From contig OZ193909.1 in the NCBI GenBank assembly GCA_964276515.1, positions 11,284,001 through 11,348,000 on the forward strand: a stretch of 64,000 nt of DNA, read 5' to 3'. The notes beneath the pieces are model-generated. The model was not told where the DNA came from, ran no database searches, and saw only the letters and a list, made by a program, of their open reading frames with translations. Within the stretch, counting starts at the first letter, position 1, and the number at the start of each line of letters is the position of its first letter. Positions 1 through 12,340 of this stretch are shown here, one piece after another. Position numbers and translations under genes: made by a program. The DNA is from Gordius albopunctatus. Lineage: Eukaryota.

Positions 1-168
1 GTTTTATCTCGGTTGACCCTAAGGCCTTTGCTTTCAATTCGCTCCATCCACACTTTTACCTGCTCTGCTAATTCCACATTTGAGCCTGCGCGCAGCACTA
101 TATAATCCACAAAGAGCATTGTCCAAGGTAATTCGCGTTTCAGGTCCCTAGTTATCGAATCCATTATT

Positions 169-908
169 TGCGCAATTTAAAAGTCAGAAAGGTAGAATAT
201 CTTCATTGATTCTAAAAATTATAATAAACAAATAACTAATATCGTAAAACTTATTAACAATTTTGTGAACTCTCATTTTTCTTTTTTAAATATTGATGCC
301 TCAACCTGCTTTACGGTCTAATATACACTAGAATAAAATAAAATTATCATGATTATATATCAAACGAATGATTCAAATGTATAAAAAACATGATTAAAAA
401 ATTAGAGTTTTAAAAAAATGATAAAATTTTCTCCTTTCATTTACGCACAATTGCCAAAACATCAAAATTGCTTGATAATCAAGACAGACTCATTTCAATT
501 TAGCAAAAGTTTAAGAATATCTGCATTTTTTATGGTGCTTACTGAAGATAATAAATGGCTTGATAAGTGGGATACTTTAGGTGAAATGTGCTAGAAAACT
601 TTTCTGAATTAGAATCTACCTTTTTCTAATGTTTTTATTTCTGGCAAACATGTTTTAAAATGTTGTTAAATCTATTGTTGTTGTTTTTGGATATCATTTT
701 GTTGCCACTTAAAACCATCAAAATCAATTTTACACCAATCACATTTTTTACTTTCGGGTCGAGTCGGATCGGGTTTGTCTTAAAACGCTTTCGGCTCGGG
801 TTCGGGTTAAAAAATTTATAAACGCTTTCGGGTCGGGTTCGGGTTGAAAAAATTTAAAAGCTTTCGGGGGTTGGGTTTCTGTTGAAAAAGTGACTTAGCC
901 GGGCTCTA
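169..908. mobile_element. Right part of a hAT-type MITE (TAGAGCCC-end family), cut by the duplication breakpoint; second copy 4188-4927
   Basis: Colinear with 21372-22009 in FAS intron 11; subterminal ttcgggtcgggttcgggtt repeats; ends ...gggctcta. Confidence 0.8.
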
Positions 909-910
909 AC

Positions 911-1140
911 CCAGACGCAGTGTGCAACATAAAAAAAAACAATCTTCCATGGTCACAGTACTCAAACGGTGTAAAGTTATTATCTGGGATGAACGTACTA
1001 TGGCACACAACATTCTCTTGAGACATTGAACAGGACATTGAAGGGTATAAAAAACAACTATAAACTATTTGGCGGCCCTCTGTTCAGATAAACACTTTCA
1101 TTCCACGTTCAACGTAAGCTGATAAGATTAACGCTTGCCC
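911..1140 (+). pseudogene. Helitron PIF1-like helicase fragment, frameshifted; second copy 4930-5159
   Basis: Reads roughly DAVCNIKK-SSMVTVLKRCKVIIWDERTMAH..LNRTLKGIKNNYKLFGG..PRST.AD.INAC, matching the IIWDECTMAH/FGG motifs of Helitron RepHel helicases. Confidence 0.75.
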
Positions 1141-1769
1141 GATTTTTTAAATAGAAACTCTTCAAATTGCATTAAATTGTTATTACTTGTAATTTACAAG
1201 TAGATAAGGTTGAAATTAAAAATCTATTTTCACTCGCTACAATTTATTCAACTAATAACACAGGTCTACAAAAAAACATCCTGCAATCGGACCCATAATT
1301 CTGATAAAGAATTTTGCGCTGAAAAATAATCAGGTCTTTCCAGAATTACCAGTTTTTTAGATAAACTAGGTTGAAGGTACCAAAAATGCCTATTTTAAGC
1401 CTTTTTGATATTTAGTGAAAAATAGTAATATATTCATGTAGATTAAAGTTTCATCTATAGGTCCATTAATTTTTTTTTGTTTTACCTCTATATTTAAATT
1501 TATTCGCATTTACGTGAACCCCTTTCCTTTATTAAAATTCGCCCCTTTATTGTTAGAAAATGGAGGACATTAGAGTTCATACTAAACAAGCGATGTTTAC
1601 TAACACATCTCTCTCTCTCCCTTCACCTACCCTCCTCTCTTTCTCCTCCACTCCCGCCCCCTTCATGTGTGCTTGGATAAATATGGGGGCGGGAGTGTAA
1701 GAGATGGGGAATTAAAAATTAAGGCGAATAGTGTCTTAAAGAAATTTTAAATTGTAATCTCCCCCAAAG

Positions 1770-2734
1770 TAGTGTTGTAAAAACGGCTGGCTGGTTTTTC
1801 CCAGCGTGTTGCCAAGCTTGGTAATTGGTGTATACTATAAGATACACCTAACCCTTTGGCGCTTTTGTAAAAAAACACCCAAAGTGTGTTTGGGTGAAAT
1901 TTTTTGGTCGACCTTTGGCGTATGGCGTTTTTATTAAAAAACACGCAAAGGGTGTTAGGTGAATTATTTTGGTCGACCTTAGGCGTTTGGCATTTTTACA
2001 AAAAAAACACCCTTAGCGTTTAGGTGAATTATCTTGGTAACCTTTTGGTTTGATTTTGCTCGTTTGGGTTTTATAATTTATTTATTTAATATTTATAATT
2101 ATATACATTTTAATAATTTATCCATAAAAGCTAATCAATATTTTTTCAATCATATATTAATCGATTAATGATGATAAAAAAATTATAAATATCTAATAAA
2201 TTAAGAACTTTGCCCCCCTCCCTTTTTTGTCCCGTCGGTTTGCTCCCCCCCCCCCTTTTTTACCCTCTATTTTAACCGGAGGCCCCTTCCCCCCCCCCCC
2301 CCCCCATTTTTTACCCTATTTCTCACCCGGGAGGGCAGGGGGGGGGTGGTTTGCCAACCTCCCCCTCTTTTTACCCTCTTTCTCAACCGGAAGGAGGTTG
2401 AAAAATTATCGATTAGCTTTTATGGATAAATTATTAAAATGAGTATAATTATAAATATTGAATAAAAAAATTATAAAACCCAAAACGACCAAAACCAAAC
2501 CAAAAGGTTACCAAAATAATTCACCTAAACGCTAAGGGTGTTTTTTTTTGTAAAAACGCCAAATGTCGACCAAAATAATTCACCCAACACTCTTTGGGGT
2601 GTTTTTTACAAAAGTGCCAAACGCCAAGGGCGAACCCAAAAAATTTACACAACACTAAAATGGTTTTGGGGGAAAAACCGCTAACCCTTGCAGGCGAGGC
2701 GACCAATCTTAAACCTTGGTTTTTTACAATACTA
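1770..2734. mobile_element. Foldback-like hAT MITE (TAGTGTTGTAAAAA termini); second copy 5789-6753
   Basis: TIR tagtgttgtaaaaa...tttttacaatacta, 8-bp TSD ccccaaag (1762-1769 and 2735-2742), long imperfect inverted arms around a C/G-rich core. Same family as 39907-44339. Confidence 0.9.
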
Positions 2735-2932
2735 CCCCAAAGCCGTCATTTCCATTTAACATAATTAATTCTATAACCATCGGGCCCGCCCTAAGTTACT
2801 TTATCGATGAATAATACTAATTCACTCTAAATTATTTAATACTAAAAGTTGTCGCTTTCAATACTGTTTTTATGCTTTTGTTTTAAACAAGCCAGCATTC
2901 TATTTTAATTTTGTCCTTTGTATAGAAACGCT

Positions 2933-3551
2933 ATGTTTTTGTGCTTATTATTTCTTATTTATGTACCACTCTTATTGCAATTAGTTTTTTGCACTTATGA
3001 TCTTAACAAAAATGAAATCTACCTAGTTTATGATCATTTAGAAGAGCAAGAATGTTATAATTTAATTAGACTTTTATTGAACTCATCGGAGGTTAATTAT
3101 ACGTCCAATTCTTGTTTGAATTCCTTGATAAACTGGTAATATGCATTATTTTGTAGAATAATTTAATAAGGAACAAAAAAGAGAGTAAAGGAAAATCATT
3201 CCTTTTTTTATACGAAAATTTAGTTAATATAAATCGTTCGGATATAGCAAAGAAATTATCGGAAACTGTATTTCATGAAAAAACTTACAACGTTGAAAAA
3301 TATTTATTTCACGAATTTGAAAAGGGCAAACTTGAAGCGAAAGGTAAAATATGAAAAATGATTTTTTTGTTAAATTTTGTTTAGATTCCGATATCACTAC
3401 AACATCCACTCACATAGAGCAAGTTACACCAACAAAAAATGTTAGGTCATATTCAATAAAGACTTTATTAGAAGAGTTTTCAACCATATTTATTGGAATG
3501 AATATAATAATAATAGCGGTTATAGTTGTTATTTTTGTAAAATCTAAATAA
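2933..3551 (+). CDS. Signal peptide + death-like domain + C-terminal transmembrane protein (TMDD1/C12orf81-like), 180 aa, copy 1
   Basis: Exons 2933-3135, 3171-3343, 3385-3551 joined through 35- and 41-nt GT-AG introns give an open 543-nt frame: MFLCLLFLIYVPLLLQLVFC-TYDLNKNEIYLVYDHLEEQECYNLIRLL...CLNSLINWNKKESKGKSFLFLYENLVNINRSDIAKKLSETVFHEK...TIFIGMNIIIIAVIVVIFVKSK*. The family call is from remembered motifs (HL..EC..L, C...L..W, R.D.A..L...V). Confidence 0.75.
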
Positions 3552-3574
3552 TTGTTAGGTAAAATGGAAGTTAA

Positions 3575-4187
3575 ATCAAAAAATTACTTGCCATATCATC
3601 TTAATCATCTTACAACCAATCTATGAATCGAAACTATATTTAATTTATCCCTTCATTCCTTAATAATCCTTCTTGCTTATTTCCAATTTACACTCCTATA
3701 ATAATTCTAGCCACACCTTGCATTTCCTTTGCCATTAATGACCTGTGTCCCCTCCATATATTACCAATTTCACAATACCCGTGTATATAATCTTCTTTTC
3801 GATTTGAATGCTATGTGTTTGTGACAAAGTACACCACTCAACTCCCTGCATTTTAGCCAGCCTGCGTTTATTCTTGTCTTAATTTCGTTTTCCACGCCCC
3901 CATCACATTTTACCCTAGAACTATGATATTTGATTTCCTTCCTACTGCTTAAACACCACTCATCGATTTGCAGGTTTGTTTCTTTGTATTCACTTTCCGA
4001 CTCCAAACATACATATTTAGTTTTATCTCGGTTGACCCTAAGGCCTTTGCTTTCAATTCGCTCCATCCACACTTTTACCTGCTCTGCTAATTCCACATTT
4101 GAGCCTGCGCGCAGCACTATATAATCCACAAAGAGCATTGTCCAAGGTAATTCGCGTTTCAGGTCCCTAGTTATCGAATCCATTATT
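3575..4187 (-). pseudogene. RTE-clade LINE 3' RT fragment, decayed (also 1-168)
   Basis: ORF 3770-4183: PWTMLFVDYIVL (degenerate FADD), GLRVNRDKTKY, EIKTRINAGWLK, SGVLC. Confidence 0.88.
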
Positions 4188-6951
4188 TGCGCAATTTAAA
4201 AGTCAGAAAGGTAGAATATCTTCATTGATTCTAAAAATTATAATAAACAAATAACTAATATCGTAAAACTTATTAACAATTTTGTGAACTCTCATTTTTC
4301 TTTTTTAAATATTGATGCCTCAACCTGCTTTACGGTCTAATATACACTAGAATAAAATAAAATTATCATGATTATATATCAAACGAATGATTCAAATGTA
4401 TAAAAAACATGATTAAAAAATTAGAGTTTTAAAAAAATGATAAAATTTTCTCCTTTCATTTACGCACAATTGCCAAAACATCAAAATTGCTTGATAATCA
4501 AGACAGACTCATTTCAATTTAGCAAAAGTTTAAGAATATCTGCATTTTTTATGGTGCTTACTGAAGATAATAAATGGCTTGATAAGTGGGATACTTTAGG
4601 TGAAATGTGCTAGAAAACTTTTCTGAATTAGAATCTACCTTTTTCTAATGTTTTTATTTCTGGCAAACATGTTTTAAAATGTTGTTAAATCTATTGTTGT
4701 TGTTTTTGGATATCATTTTGTTGCCACTTAAAACCATCAAAATCAATTTTACACCAATCACATTTTTTACTTTCGGGTCGAGTCGGATCGGGTTTGTCTT
4801 AAAACGCTTTCGGCTCGGGTTCGGGTTAAAAAATTTATAAACGCTTTCGGGTCGGGTTCGGGTTGAAAAAATTTAAAAGCTTTCGGGGGTTGGGTTTCTG
4901 TTGAAAAAGTGACTTAGCCGGGCTCTAACCCAGACGCAGTGTGCAACATAAAAAAAAACAATCTTCCATGGTCACAGTACTCAAACGGTGTAAAGTTATT
5001 ATCTGGGATGAACGTACTATGGCACACAACATTCTCTTGAGACATTGAACAGGACATTGAAGGGTATAAAAAACAACTATAAACTATTTGGCGGCCCTCT
5101 GTTCAGATAAACACTTTCATTCCACGTTCAACGTAAGCTGATAAGATTAACGCTTGCCCGATTTTTTAAATAGAAACTCTTCAAATTGCATTAAATTGTT
5201 ATTACTTGTAATTTACAAGTAGATAAGGTTGAAATTAAAAATCTATTTTCACTCGCTACAATTTATTCAACTAATAACACAGGTCTACAAAAAAACATCC
5301 TGCAATCGGACCCATAATTCTGATAAAGAATTTTGCGCTGAAAAATAATCAGGTCTTTCCAGAATTACCAGTTTTTTAGATAAACTAGGTTGAAGGTACC
5401 AAAAATGCCTATTTTAAGCCTTTTTGATATTTAGTGAAAAATAGTAATATATTCATGTAGATTAAAGTTTCATCTATAGGTCCATTAATTTTTTTTTGTT
5501 TTACCTCTATATTTAAATTTATTCGCATTTACGTGAACCCCTTTCCTTTATTAAAATTCGCCCCTTTATTGTTAGAAAATGGAGGACATTAGAGTTCATA
5601 CTAAACAAGCGATGTTTACTAACACATCTCTCTCTCTCCCTTCACCTACCCTCCTCTCTTTCTCCTCCACTCCCGCCCCCTTCATGTGTGCTTGGATAAA
5701 TATGGGGGCGGGAGTGTAAGAGATGGGGAATTAAAAATTAAGGCGAATAGTGTCTTAAAGAAATTTTAAATTGTAATCTCCCCCAAAGTAGTGTTGTAAA
5801 AACGGCTGGCTGGTTTTTCCCAGCGTGTTGCCAAGCTTGGTAATTGGTGTATACTATAAGATACACCTAACCCTTTGGCGCTTTTGTAAAAAAACACCCA
5901 AAGTGTGTTTGGGTGAAATTTTTTGGTCGACCTTTGGCGTATGGCGTTTTTATTAAAAAACACGCAAAGGGTGTTAGGTGAATTATTTTGGTCGACCTTA
6001 GGCGTTTGGCATTTTTACAAAAAAAACACCCTTAGCGTTTAGGTGAATTATCTTGGTAACCTTTTGGTTTGATTTTGCTCGTTTGGGTTTTATAATTTAT
6101 TTATTTAATATTTATAATTATATACATTTTAATAATTTATCCATAAAAGCTAATCAATATTTTTTCAATCATATATTAATCGATTAATGATGATAAAAAA
6201 ATTATAAATATCTAATAAATTAAGAACTTTGCCCCCCTCCCTTTTTTGTCCCGTCGGTTTGCTCCCCCCCCCCCTTTTTTACCCTCTATTTTAACCGGAG
6301 GCCCCTTCCCCCCCCCCCCCCCCCATTTTTTACCCTATTTCTCACCCGGGAGGGCAGGGGGGGGGTGGTTTGCCAACCTCCCCCTCTTTTTACCCTCTTT
6401 CTCAACCGGAAGGAGGTTGAAAAATTATCGATTAGCTTTTATGGATAAATTATTAAAATGAGTATAATTATAAATATTGAATAAAAAAATTATAAAACCC
6501 AAAACGACCAAAACCAAACCAAAAGGTTACCAAAATAATTCACCTAAACGCTAAGGGTGTTTTTTTTTGTAAAAACGCCAAATGTCGACCAAAATAATTC
6601 ACCCAACACTCTTTGGGGTGTTTTTTACAAAAGTGCCAAACGCCAAGGGCGAACCCAAAAAATTTACACAACACTAAAATGGTTTTGGGGGAAAAACCGC
6701 TAACCCTTGCAGGCGAGGCGACCAATCTTAAACCTTGGTTTTTTACAATACTACCCCAAAGCCGTCATTTCCATTTAACATAATTAATTCTATAACCATC
6801 GGGCCCGCCCTAAGTTACTTTATCGATGAATAATACTAATTCACTCTAAATTATTTAATACTAAAAGTTGTCGCTTTCAATACTGTTTTTATGCTTTTGT
6901 TTTAAACAAGCCAGCATTCTATTTTAATTTTGTCCTTTGTATAGAAACGCT

Positions 6952-7570
6952 ATGTTTTTGTGCTTATTATTTCTTATTTATGTACCACTCTTATTGCAAT
7001 TAGTTTTTTGCACTTATGATCTTAACAAAAATGAAATCTACCTAGTTTATGATCATTTAGAAGAGCAAGAATGTTATAATTTAATTAGACTTTTATTGAA
7101 CTCATCGGAGGTTAATTATACGTCCAATTCTTGTTTGAATTCCTTGATAAACTGGTAATATGCATTATTTTGTAGAATAATTTAATAAGGAACAAAAAAG
7201 AGAGTAAAGGAAAATCATTCCTTTTTTTATACGAAAATTTAGTTAATATAAATCGTTCGGATATAGCAAAGAAATTATCGGAAACTGTATTTCATGAAAA
7301 AACTTACAACGTTGAAAAATATTTATTTCACGAATTTGAAAAGGGCAAACTTGAAGCGAAAGGTAAAATATGAAAAATGATTTTTTTGTTAAATTTTGTT
7401 TAGATTCCGATATCACTACAACATCCACTCACATAGAGCAAGTTACACCAACAAAAAATGTTAGGTCATATTCAATAAAGACTTTATTAGAAGAGTTTTC
7501 AACCATATTTATTGGAATGAATATAATAATAATAGCGGTTATAGTTGTTATTTTTGTAAAATCTAAATAA
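6952..7570 (+). CDS. TMDD1-like signal peptide/death-like domain/TM protein, copy 2 (identical to copy 1)
   Basis: Exons 6952-7154, 7190-7362, 7404-7570; exact +4019 copy. Confidence 0.75.
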
Positions 7571-7593
7571 TTGTTAGGTAAAATGGAAGTTAA

Positions 7594-9840
7594 ATCAAAA
7601 AATTACTTGCCATATCATCTTAATCATCTTACAACCAATCTATGAATCGAAACTATATTTAATTTATCCCTTCATTCCTTAATAATCCTTCTTGCTTATT
7701 TCCAATTTACACTCCTATAATAATTCTAGCCACACCTTGCATTTCCTTTGCCATTAATGACCTGTGTCCCCTCCATATATTACCAATTTCACAATACCCG
7801 TGTATATAATCTTCTTTTCGATTTGAATGCTATGTGTTTGTGACAAAGTACACCACTCAACTCCCTGCATTTTAGCCAGCCTGCGTTTATTCTTGTCTTA
7901 ATTTCGTTTTCCACGCCCCCATCACATTTTACCCTAGAACTATGATATTTGATTTCCTTCCTACTGCTTAAACACCACTCATCGATTTGCAGGTTTGTTT
8001 CTTTGTATTCACTTTCCGACTCCAAACATACATATTTAGTTTTATCTCGGTTGACCCTAAGGCCTTTGCTTTCAATTCGCTCCATCCACACTTTTACCTG
8101 CTCTGCTAATTCCACATTTGAGCCTGCGCGCAGCACTATATAATCCACAAAGAGCATTGTCCAAGGTAATTCGCGTTTCAGGTCCCTAGTTATCGAATCC
8201 ATTATTGTTATGAAGCAATGGACTTAGTGACGATCCTTGATTGCGGATCATAACCGGACACTACATCAATCATTTGACCTTCAATGCATAGTTTCAACAT
8301 CATGAGTCGCCCACTTTTTCTTCGTACTTCAATGACTATATTAGAGGTCTGCATTGGCCGAAATTTCAAGGTCAGGCCCGGCCCATACCCGCACAAATAT
8401 ATTTTTTTCCCCAACCCGCCCCGCAAAAAAAACAACAAAAAATGCGCCGCATCAGGCCCGCAGGAGAAAAAAGTTTCAGTGTTTTCAAAAAAAATTTATT
8501 TGTATAGAAACAATTTTGCGTGTATTAAAAAAATTGTTATAGCATATAAAAACGACATTAATAAAAAAAATTATAATTCAATATTGTCATTTAAAAATAA
8601 TAAACTGTCTATTCTATTAGGTAGTAGTCTTGTTCTTCTTTGTTCTATTAGGCGACTTGCCTTACTAAACGTGCGTTCACTTGTAGCTGAAATTGCCAAA
8701 AACTGTATAGCTAGAGCTAACTTTGTCAAATTAGGTAGGATAAGTTCGTGTTCTTTCCACCATGAAATAACATCAAGCTCATCATCTTCCGGTTTAAGAT
8801 TTAATTTAACATAAGTATCAACTTCATTGCTCTCCTCAATCTGCTCTCTTTCATCGTCCTCCCAAACGGAGATATCCATATCGACTTGACCAATAGCTAA
8901 TTGCCTACATACCTGAGCTGAATTGCTCATAGATGGACGAATGATGCAAGAAGAGCTAGGATCTTCTTGCATTAATTGATTTAAAGTTTGTGTTACCATG
9001 GTTTTAACAAGAATAGCAATGTTGATATTATAAGTTTGTAATAAGTAGGAGAAGTGTAGCTAAAACTAATTAATTATAAAATAAAATTTTTTAATGAATT
9101 ACCTTAAAGCTTAAAACAACGTCAATGAGATCTTGGAACAAATATTAAGCAATCTAAAAATTTGAAAAGCGAGAGAAATAATAAACAATGAAGTTAAAAA
9201 CAAACACTACCTTCTATCCATTCAATTAATTTACTTAATTAGTGAAAAATATAATATTAAATTTTCCCTCAAAATAATACTGTTTAAATAGCAAATTTTT
9301 GTTAGAAAAAATAAATTATTTATCATCAAGATAATAAATGCATTTTTTTGTGTCAATACTATAATGATAGTATAGAGTTTAATATATTTAAATTTTTTCA
9401 CTTATCAAAGCCCAAGCCCGGCCCGAACTTTTTTTAGTACTCATTTTCAGGTCCGGCCCAGCCCGGCCCCTGCAGACCTGTAGACTATATCTTGCATATG
9501 TGAGACTAGTATGATTGCTCTGCTGGTCATTGAAGTAAAGTTTATAGCCTTCACCTATCATCTTTACTTTTGCGCCTTTCCATCTTGTTTCTTTTTAACA
9601 TGCTATATCGACCCGTCGCTTGCTGAGGGTGTAATCGGCATTTTGCAGTCATCGTTCCAACATTTAGCGAGCCCACTCTCATTGTTGTCTTTAGCAAACT
9701 TGCTTCTTTAACTACAACCGTTTGCGGAAGATGCAGTGACCCTCGTTGACTTTTAACATGATACGGACGCCTACCATGCGCTTCGTTTACGGAGGACGCC
9801 CTAGCGCTTTTACTAGTTTCATTCTTCTCAACTTTCATAT
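7594..9840 (-). mobile_element. Internally deleted RTE LINE (APE endonuclease N-terminus fused to RT C-terminus), interrupted by a hAT element
   Basis: RVGSLNVGTM (9551-9838) and VVSGYDPQ joined directly to the HQGS/LSPL region near 8240; RT tail 7789-8202. Confidence 0.85.
8342..9482 (-). mobile_element. Non-autonomous hAT transposon with transposase C-terminal dimerisation domain remnant
   Basis: TIRs tagaggtctgca...tgcagacctgta, TSD gactatat on both sides; ORF 8571-8999 has WWKEHELILPNLTKLA...ISATSERTFSKA...RRTRL. Confidence 0.92.
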
Positions 9841-10066
9841 AGCACTTGGATCAGGGGTAATGCTCAGCTATCCAGGCCTAACAGCCATTTTGACGATGTG
9901 GTATATTTTTAATCTTTGAAATAAGTGTCGAAGGCGGTATTTTGCAAGCTCTTCCTTGAAAGCCTAAACATATACCCACTACACCACCATGCTTCACTAT
10001 TATTAAAATTTATTAATTATTAATAGAAGATAAAAATAAAATTAGTTGGAAATTAAAATAAGTTAC

Positions 10067-10651
10067 GTTACCTTTTAATTTATTAATTCCAATTCAGAAA
10101 ATTACATATTTTCATATATTTAACCGATCGTATTAATTCATAGGTCCCGCGCGACGATAGTGAAACTATTATGTAATAGAAAAAAACGAGAATGAATTTT
10201 AAAATAAGGTACAATGAACTGCCAGCACAGCTGGCATTAGGATGCGTATAACAAAGCAAAGAGAGAGAGAGGTGAGGGGAGGATACGCGTATGGTAAACT
10301 GCGTAGGAGAAACTGGATTTTCATGAATAACTAAGATGAATAAATTATTAAGTATTAACGTAACTTATTTTTATTGCTAACTAATTTTATTTTTATTTCT
10401 TACCTTTTAATTTATTAATTCCAATTTAGAAAATTACATATTTTCATATATTTAACCGATTATATTAATTCATAGGTCCCGCGCTACGATAGCAAAACAA
10501 TTATGTTATAGAAAAAAACTAGAATAAATTTTTTAATGAGGTACAATAAACTGCCAACAGCTGGCATTAGTACGCGTATAACAAAGCGAGGAGAGTGAGA
10601 GGTGAAAGGGGGGGGGGGGAATACGCGTATGGTAGAGTGCTTAGGAGAAAC
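10067..10651. repeat. Diverged direct repeat pair (about 250 bp) related to an inverted copy at about 13920-14000; probable LTR fragments
   Basis: ttaccttttaatttattaattccaatt...ggtcccgcgc...gctggcattag...atacgcgtatggta occurs at about 10067 and 10400; the reverse complement of the core occurs at 13920-14000. Confidence 0.6.
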
Positions 10652-11654
10652 CACGACAATTATAAAATAACTTCTATATACAAAAGAATATCTAATAGGA
10701 GTACAATCAATTATATCTATTTTTAAACAAATAGCTCCTTTAAACTTTGATCTCTTGACAATTTTGGATATTCTTAAACATTCTCTATTAAAAATTATTT
10801 TTTCCCAACTCTTGCAAAAGTTTTTTGGCCATAACAATCATCATTTTCTATGTGCAATAATGTACAAAGCCTAAAATTATTATTAGTACGAATCATTGTA
10901 TATACAAATTTTGCCTCTAGTCTGATTGCAACCATCATTTACAATTTCATGATTTATTCCATCGAAACTTATAAAAGTGTTAAATTGGTGTAAGATAAAA
11001 ATAATACTCAAATATTTATAAATTGACTTAAAAGTTTCAAAATAAGAATGTTAATTTTTGGGATTTTATATTTTTGGGTTAAAATTAAAAATAATATTTT
11101 GAAATTTGAATTTAATCGGAACTATTTAGATTGTTATAATAACTTAAATTTGGGTAATAAGGGTATGCCAATAATTTTGAAATCCGATTAATTAGTTCAT
11201 AAGTCCCATTACAATCGCGCGAAGGTAAACATTCTTTATTATGCATGTTTTATTCCTTCAATTTATTCGCTTTTTTTGCATGGAATTCATTTTATATTTA
11301 TGAATATGATTGACGCGCATGTGACCGTCAATCGCTATCCGTCATGGTCCTTGATTGATCAGCTGGTATCAGATAGTGCCATAATAGGGCGCCGAGGGTA
11401 TGTTGTGCCGGTGCTGTGGGACGCTATTGCGGTTCTGAGAAATTCTGTCGGTACCTGCTTGATGATCGGAATATGGCGGGTGGACAATACGATGCTGTGG
11501 TATTTTACGTTATGCATGAATTTTACCTGTACAGGGCAGTGTGGTCAATATGCGCTGAATGATAATGCCGGTGCATAGGAACGGTAGGGCCATGCCCAAA
11601 GTAATTCTGTTGGTACAGAGCAATGCGTGTATGACGAGGTTTCGGGTATGAAAT

Positions 11655-12340
11655 TTAGACTTTTGGGTACTTTAGATGGTCATCCAGCGATGGGGCGCCT
11701 GTACCGTTCATTTCCATGTATACCGTTTTTCTATCGTTGACCTTTAAACCATATCCAGCTAAGCGCTTTGACCATTTTTCGGCTTCTTCGAATACTTTCT
11801 CCCTTGTTTCCTCGCATAGTACTATATCATCGGCATATAGCATACACCATGGCGAAGGCTTTTGAACGTCCCTCGTTATCGTGTCTATAATTATATTAAA
11901 TAAAAAGGGACTTAAAGCAGAGCCTTGATGTAATCCAATATTAACCCGAAAAGGTTTAGAGTCTCCAACTGTCGTCCTAACGCAAGAGTTTGAAGCTTCA
12001 TAAATATTTTTCATAAGCCGTATATATGCGTCCGGGATATTTTTTTTCCTCAGGCACCACCATATTAAATCGCGGGGGACCGTGTCATAAGCTTTCTCCA
12101 AGTCAATAAAAACCATATGAAGGTCTTTCCTCTTTTCACCATACTTATCCATCATTTGTTTCAGGGCAAAGATTGGGTCGATTGTGGATTTACCGGCCAC
12201 GAATCCGAATTGATTAGCCGATATTTCCACCTCGCTTTTCAGCCTTGTTACTAAGATCTTTCCAAAAGCTTCAAGGAGAGGCAAGTTAGCTTGATACCTC
12301 TGTAATTGCCGCAGTCCTGAGGGTCTCCTTTGCCTTCCTG
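11655..12340 (-). pseudogene. RTE-clade reverse transcriptase fragment
   Basis: NYRGIKL, NQFGFVAGKST, VFIDLEKAYD, GLHQGSALSPFLF, MLYADD; frameshift near 12280. Confidence 0.93.

Larger units (their letters stand above)
1..8206. repeat. Perfect tandem segmental duplication, period 4,019 bp (tail of an upstream unit 1-168, full units 169-4187 and 4188-8206)
   Basis: Position 1 recurs at 4020 and 8039. The ORF track repeats with a +4019 offset and a 17-C homopolymer has the same length in both copies. Identity ends at 8206 (ccattatt|tgcg versus ccattatt|gtta). Confidence 0.97.

Noticed and set aside
2780..2812. GC box and DRE-like tatcgatg as promoter elements
   Set aside because: Short imperfect motifs that can occur by chance; no TSS data.
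8225..8260. Two RTE deletions (here and near 59735) both end just before HQGS, suggesting splicing
   Set aside because: Different families and breakpoints, and no clear splice-junction signature; only two cases.
9945..10000. tRNA gene on the minus strand
   Set aside because: Only a D-arm/anticodon-like remnant; no T arm or acceptor pairing.
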